The position numbers and the translations under genes are program-made. A stretch of DNA of 40,498 nt from Conidiobolus incongruus B7586 (taxonomy: Eukaryota): positions 1-40,498 of the forward strand of contig JNEM01008970.1 of NCBI GenBank assembly GCA_000697335.1, in the 5' to 3' direction. How positions within the stretch are numbered: the stretch's first letter is position 1; the number at the start of each line of letters is the position of its first letter. Positions 23,662 through 37,398 of this stretch are shown one piece after another. The notes beneath the pieces were generated by a model. It was not told the origin of the DNA. It made no database searches and saw nothing but the letters and a program-made list of their open reading frames with translations.

Positions 23662-24666
23662 TCAACATGAAATACAACAGTGGGCAATCAAAATACTTGC
23701 ACCAGCAATGCCATGAAAAATACTGACGCTGGCACCCTTGAAAAGGGACTTGAATCCTTCAGTTTTAATGATTTGTCGGAAACATTCAATAGATGATGAA
23801 TATTTGATAGGTTGACGCGATGTCATCATCATTCTATGACTGACAGTATCAATGGGATAGGTAACCAGACTACCGGCTAAGAAGGTGCTCAAAGCTAATA
23901 AGAACATAGTAGGTAAGTTGTCTGGTGGTTCATTAGACTCTCGTATAGGATGGATTGAGTGGAGTAAACCTAAGCACAATCCTCTATCGATGAAGATGCT
24001 AATACAGGAGATACCAAAACCACGATAGAGACCTGCAATACCATCGGATGCAAGGGTCTTTTTGTAGACGTTGACCAATCCTTTGAATTCACGTTGACTA
24101 ACTTTTTGGGATGATACTATATCATTAGCCAAGCGCGTACGAGCATAATCCAAAGGATAGGTGATTATGAGAGAGGATGCACCAGCAGCACCACCGCAAG
24201 CTAAATTACTAGCGAACCATTTCCAGTAACCATCCCTATCCTTGTCATATCCGAACATGGTAATGAGCTTATCACCCAAAATTATACCAAGCGCTGGGAT
24301 AGGAAAGCAATTAATAACTTTAGCGATATTACCTCTCCACAAAGAAATTATGCCTTCTTGCTTTATGACCCGAGAGAAACAATCTCCAATATCCTTGTAA
24401 GGAGAGACAAGACGACCTTGCTTAATGAGCTCATTTTGATTTTGAATCAAAAGCTTCATACGTTCAATAGGGGCAGTGGCGGTCAAAGAGACGCCGGAAG
24501 AGATACCACCAATCACATAATCCTATATCAGAATTAATAATAATTAATTTTATCTTACTTAATATAAAGGAATAAAAGCAATCATAAAATTTACCAATTC
24601 GATCAATATATTAAAACTAATGAATTTTATTACCTTCAATGAATAAAGCTGATTATTATCATTCAT
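23662..24666 (-). CDS. Divergent ADP/ATP carrier (AAC/ANT)-like mitochondrial carrier; short first exon inferred
   Basis: Intact ORF with AAC-specific blocks (APIERMKLLIQNQ, SLWRGN, DGYWKWFASNLACGGAAGA, YPLDYARTRLAND, DGIAGLYRGF). Splice acceptor at ~24523 and upstream ATG at 24666 (MNDNNQLYSLK). Confidence 0.88.
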
Positions 24667-26289
24667 TTTATTTTAAGATAAAAAAAATCTCAATATCATT
24701 TCCAAATCTCCTTTCCAAAAATTAGTATATATAGAATATGCGACTATTCGAAACCAATCATCAATATATATTTTTTATAGTTTAGATCCACAAAATTTTC
24801 TAAATATTAATTATTAAATTTCGAAATAACTCTAATATTTTCTCCGATTCAAATACCAATATTTATTAATAAAATTGTAATTATATTGAATCATTTTACT
24901 CGGACCAACTATAGTTGCGTTTACTCATAATACATATCTTTAAAATTTCTCCTGAAATTTGATATTATCGTGAAAATTTTGGATTATTGACAAAGAATTA
25001 AGTTGATTCAATTTTGTGTAAATATTTGAAATATCCCAATAACTATATATTTTATTGAATAATGTCATAGTGAAATAAATATTATATTTTCAATTCCAGT
25101 TAATAATACCATAGTTTAAATATACGTTCACAATTTTTTATTAATTTTTGACTAAAACTAAGTAACAATTAGTGAGTAAATATTTTGAAAATGGAAGAGA
25201 CAATCCATCTTGTTTATTAAAAAGCCCATTTTAAGTTTAAATCTCGTTATGAAACCTCTATATTATATACTAGCATCAATTTAAAATATAAATTTGACAA
25301 ATAAGCTAATGCAATGGATGGTTGTTTTCCTTCATCGAATTTTTGTTAGTATATTGTTAATTATAATGTTCATTAACATTCTTAGAGTCATTTGAAAAAC
25401 AATTTTACAAAAGAAATTAAATTAATTTTAATTTAAATATCATTCATCTATATCTATTCTCTTTGATATATTTATATATTTTTTTAAAAAAAATATACTG
25501 TTAAAAATCACTTGAACAGAAATTTGTATTAAAATATTAAACATGAAAATTTTGTTGATTTTATTTAATTGATCAAATTACTAAATTAGTAAATTGAATT
25601 GATCAATTATTAATATTTTCATATATTATAAAAAAAATTCTATAATTTAATAATATACAATTAATTTTATAAATTATTATACATCAGTAAAAAATAATAT
25701 AATTTTAACTAACTTCCCAACTATCAAAGTTTCATATTTTATAGTAATAATAATAATAATGAATGTATGGCAAGTTCAAAAGAGGTATAAAATTACAATC
25801 TTATCACCAAAATAATTCTCAATATTTAAATTGGTGTGATGACCATACAAATTCAAAAGCATTTTGTGAAAGTAATTTTGTATCAATATAATTATCCATA
25901 TTAATTGTTGACAAAGATATAAGAAAAATATATTTGATCTGTTGCCATTTTTTCATATACCATTAAATGTATATATTTTTTTTACAATTATATAATGAAA
26001 TCTTATTTTTAAATATAATAAAAAATAATATTAATTATCAAAAATATAATTAATATTATAATTTAAAAAAATTCATATTAATAACGAAAATATTGTATTA
26101 GTCATATATATATATAATTTTTTTTAAATTCAGAACTGGTTCAAATAATTCATAATTTGAGCAAAATTTTTTATAAAACCTAATAGGTATTATAAATATC
26201 ACAATGATTTAAAATCACCAATTTCGTGAGCTATGAGGATTTTGGATTATAAATTATATGAAGCTAAAGTTAGCTATTGAAGGCTTCTT

Positions 26290-27250
26290 AAAATTTATGG
26301 TTGACACTAACACCTTTGAAGAGGGACTAGAACCTTTGGTTTTAATGATATATTCGAAATATTAGATGAAACATGAATATTTGACTGGTTGACGAGAGAT
26401 CATCATCATTTAATGGAAGATAGTGTCAATGGGTATGACATAGTGCCAGCAGCAACTGCAGCGCTTCAATTCAAGAAAAACATCGCAAAATATTGCCTTC
26501 GAGGTAACTATTGATCAATATTAGTTTTATTGAGTCAAATAAACAAAAATACAAACCATGGTATTCAAGGATACCACCGCAAAAGGCTTTGAAACCACGG
26601 TATAAACCAACAATGCAACTGGAAGCGATTGTCTTTCTATAATCATGGATCAAACCTTTGAGCTGGCATTTGCCTCCATTTTTAGATGATCGGAAGTTGT
26701 TGACTAAATGGGTAGGAGAGTAATCTAACTAATACATAGATAAGGAAATAGCCATATCAGCATCACCAGCGGCCATATTGCTAGCAAGCCATTTCTATTA
26801 ACCATCTTTATCTTTATTATAACCAAGTATTGCTTTTAGTTGTCCTTGAATGCCTAGTTCAGAACTTGAGCTGGGAAGAATACCATAACACTAGCATTGT
26901 TGCCTCTCCGTAACGCAATAACACCTTCTTCCTTAACAATACGAGGGAAGCAATCCGTCATATCTTTGTAGGGAGTGGAAAGAAGACCCCGCCTGATAAA
27001 CTCATTCTGATTTTGAATCATCAGCTTGACACGTTCAAGGGGAGCAGTAGTTGGGATAGTAATGGAAGATGAAATACCACCAAGAATAAAATCTTAAACT
27101 TAACATGTATTATATTAATTCTTTTATTTTTCACATGGATAGGGAGGAAAAGCAGCCTAAATTATTAAATCTAATAGTACTATTTATAATAGAATTGAAT
27201 AATTAATAAGTTGCATACTTTTAAAAATTTGGTTTATGATTACTTGTCAT
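26290..27250 (-). pseudogene. ADP/ATP carrier-like pseudogene, tandem paralog of 23662-24666 (ends approximate)
   Basis: FILGGISS...APLERVKLMIQNQNE...FPAQVLN*AFKD, then a frameshift, DG**KWLASN, VGLYRGF and PIDTIFH*MMMISRQPVKYS; several stops and frameshifts. Confidence 0.9.
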
Positions 27251-30200
27251 GGCTTCATAATTTTAGCAAAGTAATGGATTAGTTAGTTTATAAAAGTGAC
27301 TACGTTCAATAGACTTTTAAACTTCAAGGGTTATGTTATCTATAGAATATATGAGATAACATATGTGACATTACATTTTAAAGTATTAACAAAATATGCT
27401 ATTTTTTATTTCAATACAAATAAATTAATTATTAATTTTAAATAAAATTCAAATGCAAAATTAAATTTAATTCAATCCAAGTAACTTTTTCCAATATTAA
27501 AATTTCCTTTTTGATTTAAAATACTAAATATGTTCCACCAATTAATGGTTTTTCTTAAATACTAATTATAATATTAAATTGACTAATATGGAGATTTTTT
27601 GAATTTTTTATATATTATTTCTTTAATTATATTTATTTATTTATTTATTTGAACATGAATTATAAAATTTGTTTGAAATAATTTAGATTTGAAATTTAAA
27701 AATATTTTTAAAGATAACTCATTTATTTAAAACCTTTGGATAATTTTTATCTTGATTATTCAAAATAATAATATTATTAGTATTAAAATTCTATTTACTT
27801 GAAATTTTTTTAAAAAAATTATCAATTAATTTTCTGTCTTCAAATTAAAAATTGTAATATTGATAAAAGTAGCTCAAGTTATTTGAATTCAATCAACGAT
27901 TTATTTCTTGATATAATAAAAAGCAATTATTAATATTTCTTTTAAAATATCACAAAAGCACCAATTGATTATATTTTTAGTTCTATACTATTTTATACAT
28001 TATCCTTAAATTTATTAACATTCCCATATTTTCAATTTGACTTTCAACTATTTACTATTTTTTTTCTTTAATAATTGTTTCAACAACTATGAATATATGT
28101 CCAATATAAAGTATTAAAATATATAATTTCACTGAGGGTTATCAAAAATTCTAATACTTTGTATATTATTTTATATAGTTCGAATTAATTGTAATATATT
28201 AAAATTGAGCTTAATTTGATTTATAACATAAAATTGTCAATAGTAATCAGCTAGAGTTATTGTATCACTGTATAGTATTTCCACAAGACTTTTGGTACAA
28301 TTATTTAACCAAGATACCATCCATTAATTTAATAATAACAAGTAATTGATATATAATATTTGGCATAAAATCTGATACTGATAGAGAAATATATTAATTG
28401 ACTTAAGGGAAGTTATAATATATTAATATTTTGAGCAACTATTAACGTACACTTTATTTTATATTTTATATTTAGCTAAAGTTTTCAAATATAATTACTC
28501 TGATTTTATTAATTTTAATTTGTAAGATTTGGAATAGTGCTGGCTTCAGAATCCTTTTTAAAATTTTTAATTTATCAAATATTAAATCCTATTTAAATAT
28601 ATAGATATTCATTTTTAAAACTATTAATTTTTCTATAAATTAAATATCAATAAAAAATTTCATAATGGTTTTATTACTCTGTCATAAAATATAATGCAAA
28701 TACCTTTCAGGTGAATTAAGAAGAATAAATCTTTTTTCTTAATAAATCATTTTTCTAAATCAAATAACTTTCAAAAAAATGAAATATTTTCAACATGTTA
28801 ATAGTCTGACTAGGTAAAATTAAGGCTATATTGCAGTATTAGTTTACCTTTATTTGAAAATGTAAGAATAGATATAATTTACAAATTAAATAAGCATAAA
28901 GTTTCGATATTCTAATGGTAGGAATGATATTATATTTTGGAACAGATTAACAATCTGAAATATACATTATGGAAATATTCGAAAACTACCTTCTTTGATA
29001 TTAATACAACTAACAATTATAACAAAATAAATGGCTGAATTAAAAATTGATATAGACACATTCCAATTTCAAGATTCTCAGACGGTATATGGTTACATTT
29101 CTTACTTAGAAAATTACAATTCATTGGGATTATTCTTACTTTAAAAGATTATATTATTACATTCTCTTGTGGTGGAATGTTACATAATTCATAGTTAAAG
29201 TTCAATAAAATGATTGAATGATTGAGATATGTTTCTTAATTTCTATAAAAATGAATCAAAATTAGGTAATAGATTACTCAGCAAATCTCTGTCACCTTTA
29301 TAAAATAAGTAATTTAAAATGATATTAGTTTTTTGAAGAATCATAAAGTATTAAATTGATGGTTGTAATATAAAGTAAAAATCCATTTATCACGTGACCT
29401 ACTCACAATCCAATTTACTTTTAATGAAATCACAAATTGGATAAGGAACTTGTTACAAAAATAGTATTTAAACAATTTTAAATTATAATAATTGCTTTTA
29501 GGATAAATTATAATTTAAAATCATTCTAATATTTGATCAGTCTTTAAATATTTTGAGCTATATATATATATTATTCTGTGATTAATTTTTTTTGAAAAGT
29601 TGAAATATTATCATATTGCTAAAAATCTCTAAAATTCTAGAAATTATATTATTCAAAATGAAACACTATTAGGTTTATACTATTTTGAATTGCTAAAATA
29701 GTTAAAAATTCATTGTAGTAATCTAGTTTTAAGATTTTTATTTATTTATTTATTTAAAGTATATAACGAATTAAGATTATATTTTTTAAGAATAAAATTT
29801 TTATAAATATTAAATAAATATTTAATAATTTTAGAAAATATTCAATAAAATTTCAAGATTTTTATAATAATATAATACAATTATCTAAACTATTTATAAT
29901 AACAAATTTATAAGAATAATTGCCAATTGAACAGAATATATCAATTATTGTTATTGATAAATATTATAAATTATATATTAAGTTATTGGAATTATCGATC
30001 TATAACAATTGAAATAAATTAAGGATTGAAAAAATGACAATTTTAACTTTATATTATAGAAGATATTGAATAATGTATTTTTATTAATACAAATATTGAA
30101 ATTTTCCAAAAATTAATCTGATAGAATATTATAATATATTTTATAATTTAATAAATTTGAGATTAACAATCCTTAATTACTAATACTAATCAGTATCTAA

Positions 30201-30416
30201 TTTGTTCAATCAATTTCAAATTGCGGTAAATACTTTTTGGATAAATTGAATGAATGACAAACCTCGGAATTAATTAATTCAGCACTCAACATTTCAGTTT
30301 CAGTTTGTAGCTTAGTCACATGTTTTCATCTTACAGTTATTAAAATATTTTATTATTTAATATCTTTACTTTTTTATTATTAATCATAAAAAAATTAGTG
30401 GGTAATAATTTAAGAA

Positions 30417-31515
30417 ATGACTAGTAATACTCATACAACCCAACAGATAGCGATTAATTCGACATTATCGCCAAATCCTAGCTTTTTTATCAAGTATGCT
30501 CCATTCTTGGCAGGTGGAATGGGAGCTTGCTGTGCTGTGACATTTTCCAACCCTTTCGAAGTAGTCAAGACTAGGTTACAACTCCAGGGTGAGCTGGTCA
30601 AGACTGAACAGTTGACAAACCGTCCCTATCGCAATTTACCTCAAGCACTGAGATTAATTTTTCAGCATGAAGGAATTCGTGGACTTCAGAGAGGTCTAGG
30701 AGCAGCGTACGGATACCAGTTAATTATGAACGGAACGCGCTTCGGATTTTACGATGTATTCAAGGGCGGACTAATTAACGGCTTTGGCGTGACTTCCACT
30801 ACGGGTACCCTCGTGTCCAGTATTGGCGCTGGCGCAATGTCTGGCATGTTAGCAGCATTTTTGGGATCACCCCTATTCATGGTGAAGACCCGATTACAGG
30901 CGTACTCGCCCCACCTTTCGGTAGGTACCCAGCACAAGTACTCTGGTGTCTTTGGCGGCTTGAAGTCCATTCACCAGGAGAATGGGATCAGGGGCTGGTT
31001 CCGAGGAAGCGTGCCAGCGATGGTACGTACCGGTGTAGGATCAGCTGTCCAACTCACATCCTACGACTTTATTAAGAAGAATTTGATCACCAGTGGATTA
31101 CTCCAAGATGGATTTTACGTCCATGCAACCTCCAGTTTATTATGTGGCGTTCTAGTGTGCACTGCTATGAATCCTTTCGATGTAGTCACTACTAGAATGT
31201 ACAATCAACCTGTCGACCCCGTCACCGGCAAGGGTAAATTGTATAGAAGTATGTTCCACTGTTTCTCAAGTACCTTGAAGACTGAAGGTATTCGAGGTTT
31301 ACTCAAAGGTTTTACAGCTCATTACTTCAGAATTGGGTAAATATTCTTTATTTTTGTATTTTATAATGATTTACAAACTAATACTATTTTTAGACCTCAT
31401 ACCGTCCTAACATTTATCTTTATGGTAATTAATATCAATATAACTATAATTAATAATATATTGATCATTTTTTGTATTTTAGGAAAAAATTAAATCTATA
31501 ATTGTGAAAAACTAA
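30417..31515 (+). CDS. OAC1: Mitochondrial oxaloacetate/sulfate carrier (OAC1/SLC25A34-35-like), 3 exons (30417-31336, 31394-31424, 31483-31515)
   Basis: AVTFSNPFEVVKTRLQLQGEL, YQLIMNGTRFGFY, RTGVGSAVQL, MNPFDVVTTRMYNQ, and spliced end AHYFRIGPHTVLTFIFMEKIK. Confidence 0.92.
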
Positions 31516-31646
31516 TTTAAAAAATGAATTATATATGAATAAACATTCTCTATATCTTTACAAGAAATCAGCCTCCAAACAGAAAAAAAATTAAAATATT
31601 GAATAATTGATGAAATGCAATATCCATAAAAGGTTTTAAATTTTAT

Positions 31647-33715
31647 TCAAGGAATTCGACTCTTAAACAAGGTGTATCGCTCAATATTATTGAGTGTAAT
31701 ATTATTCACTTTATATATATCTTGAGGATATTGTTTTAATTGGGTTTTTAATTCGTTATAATCCTATTTTATTAAATTGATTATTTTTGTTTAATATGAT
31801 AAATATTTATGATGAATTACCTTATCACCTAATTTTTTATCTCTAATTGCTAATTCCTGGTCCATTCTTTCACGTTCTAACATGGTGTGGTATCGTTTCA
31901 AACCGAATCGTAATAATTGAATCCCTACTATTAATTTGATAGACAATAATCTAAACTTCATATTAGTAAATAATCATTGATAGTTAATATTAAATTACAA
32001 TAAATAAATTAATATTCCAACGATTAAAATAGGAAAAATTTCTAAATTTTTTGAAATAATTTTATCTAATGTTAAAGTCCTGGGATTGAAATTTTTTAAG
32101 GATTGGAATAGTGATATTATGGTGAAATCCATGAGACCTGATGAATTCAGGATTTGAATGCCAATTCTAATGATCTAAAATAAGGTGTCGGATTAGCGTT
32201 AGTAGAAGTTGAGTAGTTTAGAATGAATTACTAAGCAGGCTATAGGTAATACTGCGAATCCTATTCTTCTGGCTACTACGGTACTTTGATCCATTAACAT
32301 CTAATATTAAAATTAGTATCAATAACAAATTATAATAAGACATGAATTTACATGAGGTTTAGAAGTCTGATCTATTCTATTGGGCATAGCAGTAACTAAA
32401 TCTTTACATAAAATATCGATATAACGATCATAAACCGTAGGTCTAACATGATTAAATTTGGTCACAAATGCGTGTTTCAACCAATCCACCAACATTTCGC
32501 CAGCCATCACTATCATTACTGGAGACACCACCAAATTCCACACCGAATCAAAATTTGTTGGAATGAGTTGAATTAGAGAATTCAATGAAAATTCACTCAA
32601 GGGGGCCAAAGCCGTCCATGATCCCCATAATTCCAGAGAGTTGCGTACCATTATGATGGATAAAAAGACGGAAATTTGAAATCTTTCTACCATATCTTGG
32701 CAGCATACTTGAAATAGATTTTCTCTTTCCCACCTCTTGAATACCGTACTTTTAATTTCCACGAATTGATTACTCAATAGAAGACTGAGTAGGGAGTAGT
32801 CGTGAGAGTTGATAGCTACATTCAAACACATCATCTGGTAGAAGAGAATAGTCGCATGAATAAAGATATATATCACGCTGATGAAGTAATGGGTCAGATG
32901 TCTCAATTTAAAAAAATTGGAAATTTTTCCTAAGGTTAATTGAGCAAATAGAGAATCTAAAATATCTTGACCGAATGAACATAATAAACGATCGAATATC
33001 TATAGTGTCCAATTATTTATTCAAACTATATCAATTATAAAGTCTAAGACAAATTACCTCTGTCATATTTAATATCATATACAATTTTATAAAACTTTGG
33101 TTCCTAACTGAATGATAAATGATAGAAGCATCAATATTTCTTAATAACCAACAAACTGATATAATCAGACAAAATCTCAATATATCAACATGTTGAGTTG
33201 AATTTAACCTATTTACTATAATTAACATTTTGAATAGATGATTATAATTTTGATAATATTTACTTTCTACCAGTAAAAGGCTTAGAAATCAGCTGAAAAA
33301 GTGTAATTCCAACCCTTAACGGTAATATAGTAAAAACATTTAATAAAGTATTCAAACATATACAAACACCAAAAAACATCAACTAAAGCGAATTAGTTAA
33401 AATCTCTTTATATATAACATTAATTACCTTTTCAATATGTTTAGGTACTAAAAAGAAATTACTAACTCGTTCTAACTTGATCTCGAAGTTCGTATCGTAC
33501 TCTGACACCTGTAATTCACTCAAAAAGTAGTCCCATAATGGGTTGGACTCAGGCTCTGAAGTCTCTGAAGTTGGAGTCTTGGGTTCCTCCTGTGGGTAGT
33601 TTTCTATTTCTGACGCTTTATCCTCATCCTTTTCTTCATTGGGTAATTGTTTGGGAGAGTAATCGGAAATTGGGGAATCGTAAGGGTTGAAGGAATTACG
33701 ACGTTTTAATGTCAT
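31647..33715 (-). CDS. EMP65: TAPT1/Emp65 (DUF747) ER membrane protein, multi-exon
   Basis: ERVSNFFLVP, IYHSVRNQSFIKLY, LNVAINSH, LLLSNQFVEIKSTVFK, DMVERFQ, EMLVDWLKHAFVTKFN, and last exon ...NIERYTLFKSRIP*. Confidence 0.92.
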
Positions 33716-33997
33716 TTTTATATATCAGATTAATTATTTTGATAATAATTTTAATTTATATGATAACTAATATTGTTTTATTATTGAATTTTTATAAATA
33801 CATATATATAATTTAATTTTAATTGAAAAAAAAAGAATAGAAATTAATCCAATTAAATTTTGATACATTTAACTTTTTAATTAAATTTGGTACAATTGAC
33901 AAATATTCTTCATTTGGTAAAACTATTCAATTTGAAATTTGACTTCAATATTAATAAAATATAATACTAATCAATTCCATATTAAATTCAATAATTT

Positions 33998-34456
33998 TGT
34001 CACCAACCGAGTGACAGACCGACGTTAAGCTTTCACGTGTCCCTCGAATAGGTGGCTATACTATCGAGCGAGTTCCCCCGCTTAGCCTCGAGCAGCCACT
34101 AGCACAAGATTCATTTAACCCCGTCGGGAATGAATCTGCTAAGGTCTATAAAAACTTACATAAGTTCACCAATAAAATATGACAAATTAGTTACTATCAA
34201 ATTAGGCAACTAACGGTTGTTCGATTCATTTAATTTGAAACTTGTTTATTTTGGTTAAACTGATCCGGACACAATGTCCGACCTAGCTTTAGTAGATCCT
34301 AGAGTAACCCCATACGATGAAGTAGCCAGGGTTCGTCTAGCCACCCAGCTTGTAGCTGCTGCTCCCCACACAGTGGGAAAACTGCTCACCTATTTGGAAA
34401 CTTCGATTGTCAAGACAGTAATGGAAATCGGACTGTCGTTGTTACTTGAGGCAACA
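33998..34456. mobile_element. Probable solo LTR (459 bp)
   Basis: Sharp GC-rich island bounded by TGT...ACA with a perfect 5-bp duplication AATTT (33993-33997, 34457-34461). It has an internal TATAAAA (~34147) and AATAAA (~34171). Confidence 0.72.
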
Positions 34457-37398
34457 AATTTAATAATTTCATTTAGCTATAAATTCATGCATTGTAAAAT
34501 TCTTTTAGTTTTACATTGTTTCGAATTTGCATTTGTTTTGCTTTTTTCAGTTACCTATATTTAGTACAATATAAGTATAAATTATATTGTTTATTATAAT
34601 ATATTTGTCATATATACTATTGATGAAAAATCAATATTTATAATGCTTGTTTCTAAATTCTATATGAATTTATTTAATATCTTATAGTAAGATTGAACAT
34701 TAATTTCCAATAATTATTAATACTGAAATTACTGCAAATACCCTATTATTAAAATAAATTGACACTTACGAGCTTCAAATCAATGCCTATTAAATTAAAA
34801 ATCACTAAATATTTTCATCTATTTTACATTTATTTATCTCTCTCATTTAACTAATTCTGAAATTATATAACTTTGAATTCTTTAATATTTTAAAAACAAT
34901 TAGTTGATAAAAATCTGCGACTTGAATAAAATAATACTCATCAAATATACGATTTGAGAACATTAAATATCGCGAATCAAGCTATTCAGTAGGATAATAA
35001 TCTGATGCAATATCAATTTTCAATTGGGTTATTAGATTGATAATTATTCATTATGAAATGAATGTATTATAGAATTATTTTAAAACATCCAGTAATTTAT
35101 AATATAAAATTATATATAACTATTCAACCAATTCAAAATCAAACAAATTAATATCAAATTAATGTGTATAAGGAACTTTTAATTAATTGGAGTTTACCAC
35201 ACAACCTATCAATTATCTATCAAAACATTATAATTGAACCGGTATAACTTCTTGATATATTAATATCAATAATAAAAATATTAGAGTGTCGATTAATATA
35301 AATGGCTAGATACATGAGCTTGAAAGTACTATTTATACAACTATATTTTTATCTCTCACTCCTATATGTTCACTTAAATTCAAATCGATTGGCACTGGCA
35401 AAATTTATAAAAATATTAATAGTGGGAATTAGAAAAATAATGAATATTAGAGATAGGCATAAGTTTCGGATCTAAATGAGTACTTTGTATGCCCAACTTA
35501 ACCAAAATATGGAGTTTGCAATATCATGTATAATTTGATAAATAAAATATCAACTATAATGTCTTTTATTAGAATAATTTTAATATCACAATTAATAAAA
35601 TATTAACTATTTAAATCATTTAAGTTCAGTTTTGTGCTTACTATTGCCTTGAGATATAATTTTATAATTAATTAATATTTTCATCAACTATTCATTACCT
35701 TATTTATATTTATAGAGTACTTTCATGTAATTTAAAAACTTTAGAAATCCCTTTTGATCAAATTACCTGAGGTTATATAATGGGGAAGTGGAAATATGAT
35801 TATTTATAAATTGGAAAACTGATATGCAAAAGAGAAATGAGAAATAAATGGGTGAATATTAAATGAAAAAATTAACTACATTTATAAACCACATAGATTC
35901 CAAAAATATGCTTACCTCTAATAAAGAACTTGAAATATTAGGCTATTATATTATGTATACACTATCAAACTAATTATTCATGGATCCTTTGGTTTATAAT
36001 ACCATTATTTCATCAGAATACAAATGCAAAATATAATATTCAATAGAAAAAGAACATGGTCAATATATTAATTTTATTCTAAATTTTGGGTTATTTTAAA
36101 AAAAATCTAATTTCTTTATCAGTAAGAAAAATTGAGAATATTTTGAATCAAAAATTAAATTAAGTATATATTAAGTAGCTACTTATTCAAATTCCAATAT
36201 TATATTGATTTATAGTTAAAAATTTTATATTAAAATTGAAATTAATCATTTTCCTTTAATATCTTGATTCAGGTTAAACTACATTATTTGAAATTATAAA
36301 AAAGAATCAACATTTATGATTTGACAGTTTGTAAATAGCTGAACAATTCTATTATACTTCTCTTTTCAATATTTTTTCAATCATTAAAAAGTAAAAATTA
36401 TATCCATGAAATATAATGAACTTTTAAATTCTGATATTATTAGGTCAATTCATATGCATAAATTATAAAAATTCTTGCAAGGTCAGAGCCTGGGTTTAAG
36501 GATAATCACAAACAAGGAATTCAAATAACACCAATAAATCCAATATAAATTTAGAGATGAAACACTAGAAAATATGTAATGAGAGCATGACGTGATGAGA
36601 AGTGACTATTACAAAATTAAAATTGATTTCAACGTAAATATATGTTGATAGACTGTTAAGAGATAATAATCTTGGATCTTTTATAAAATTTTGATTAAGT
36701 AATATCCTAATCTCCTTATTTTAATGATAAATAATGTATGAATTCAAAACTAACAATTATATTAAAAGAATAATATATTTTGCAATTTTACTATAATTAT
36801 ATGCAAATGGATAATACTATTAACTAAATATTGATCTCAGAATTGGGATATTAGAGTAAGGATTGTTTGAAATAATATGATATGATATGAGATAATAATT
36901 TTTCTTGTATTCTCTGAAATTATTTATGTTTAACAAAAATAACAATATTATACAAAAATTTTCATTAATTGAAATCATTTATTCATGAATGATATTGGTC
37001 AAATTTGGAAATTTGATATATTTGACTATTTTATTAATGTTTATATTGAATTGAATTTAATAGGAATGATAGAAGTGATATTATAATAAAGAAGGGTTGT
37101 CGAGCTCGAAAACTACGAATAAGGCAAGATAGTTCCACTATGGAGCCAATACAATTCGATGCCAATAGAAAATGATATTCATCATTTTAAAATTATATTT
37201 GATATTTGATAATATTTCATTTTATATCCAAATTAAATATTGTTATAAAATTTATATATATATCATCCAAATATTAAATTTTAGTTTATATAATAAAACT
37301 AAATTGTTATTTCCTTTTTTATACTGATAAAAAAAGGAAATTAAATGGTGAAAATTAATACAAATGAAGCTACATTTCTTTTAATATAATATTAAATA

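Noticed and set aside
23662..31515. Functional cluster of three mitochondrial carrier loci
   Set aside because: The OAC1-like and AAC-like genes belong to distant subfamilies; only the AAC pair is a tandem duplication, and the proximity is probably chance.
34274..34564. 96-aa ORF
   Set aside because: It crosses the solo-LTR boundary into AT-rich flank and has no known motif.
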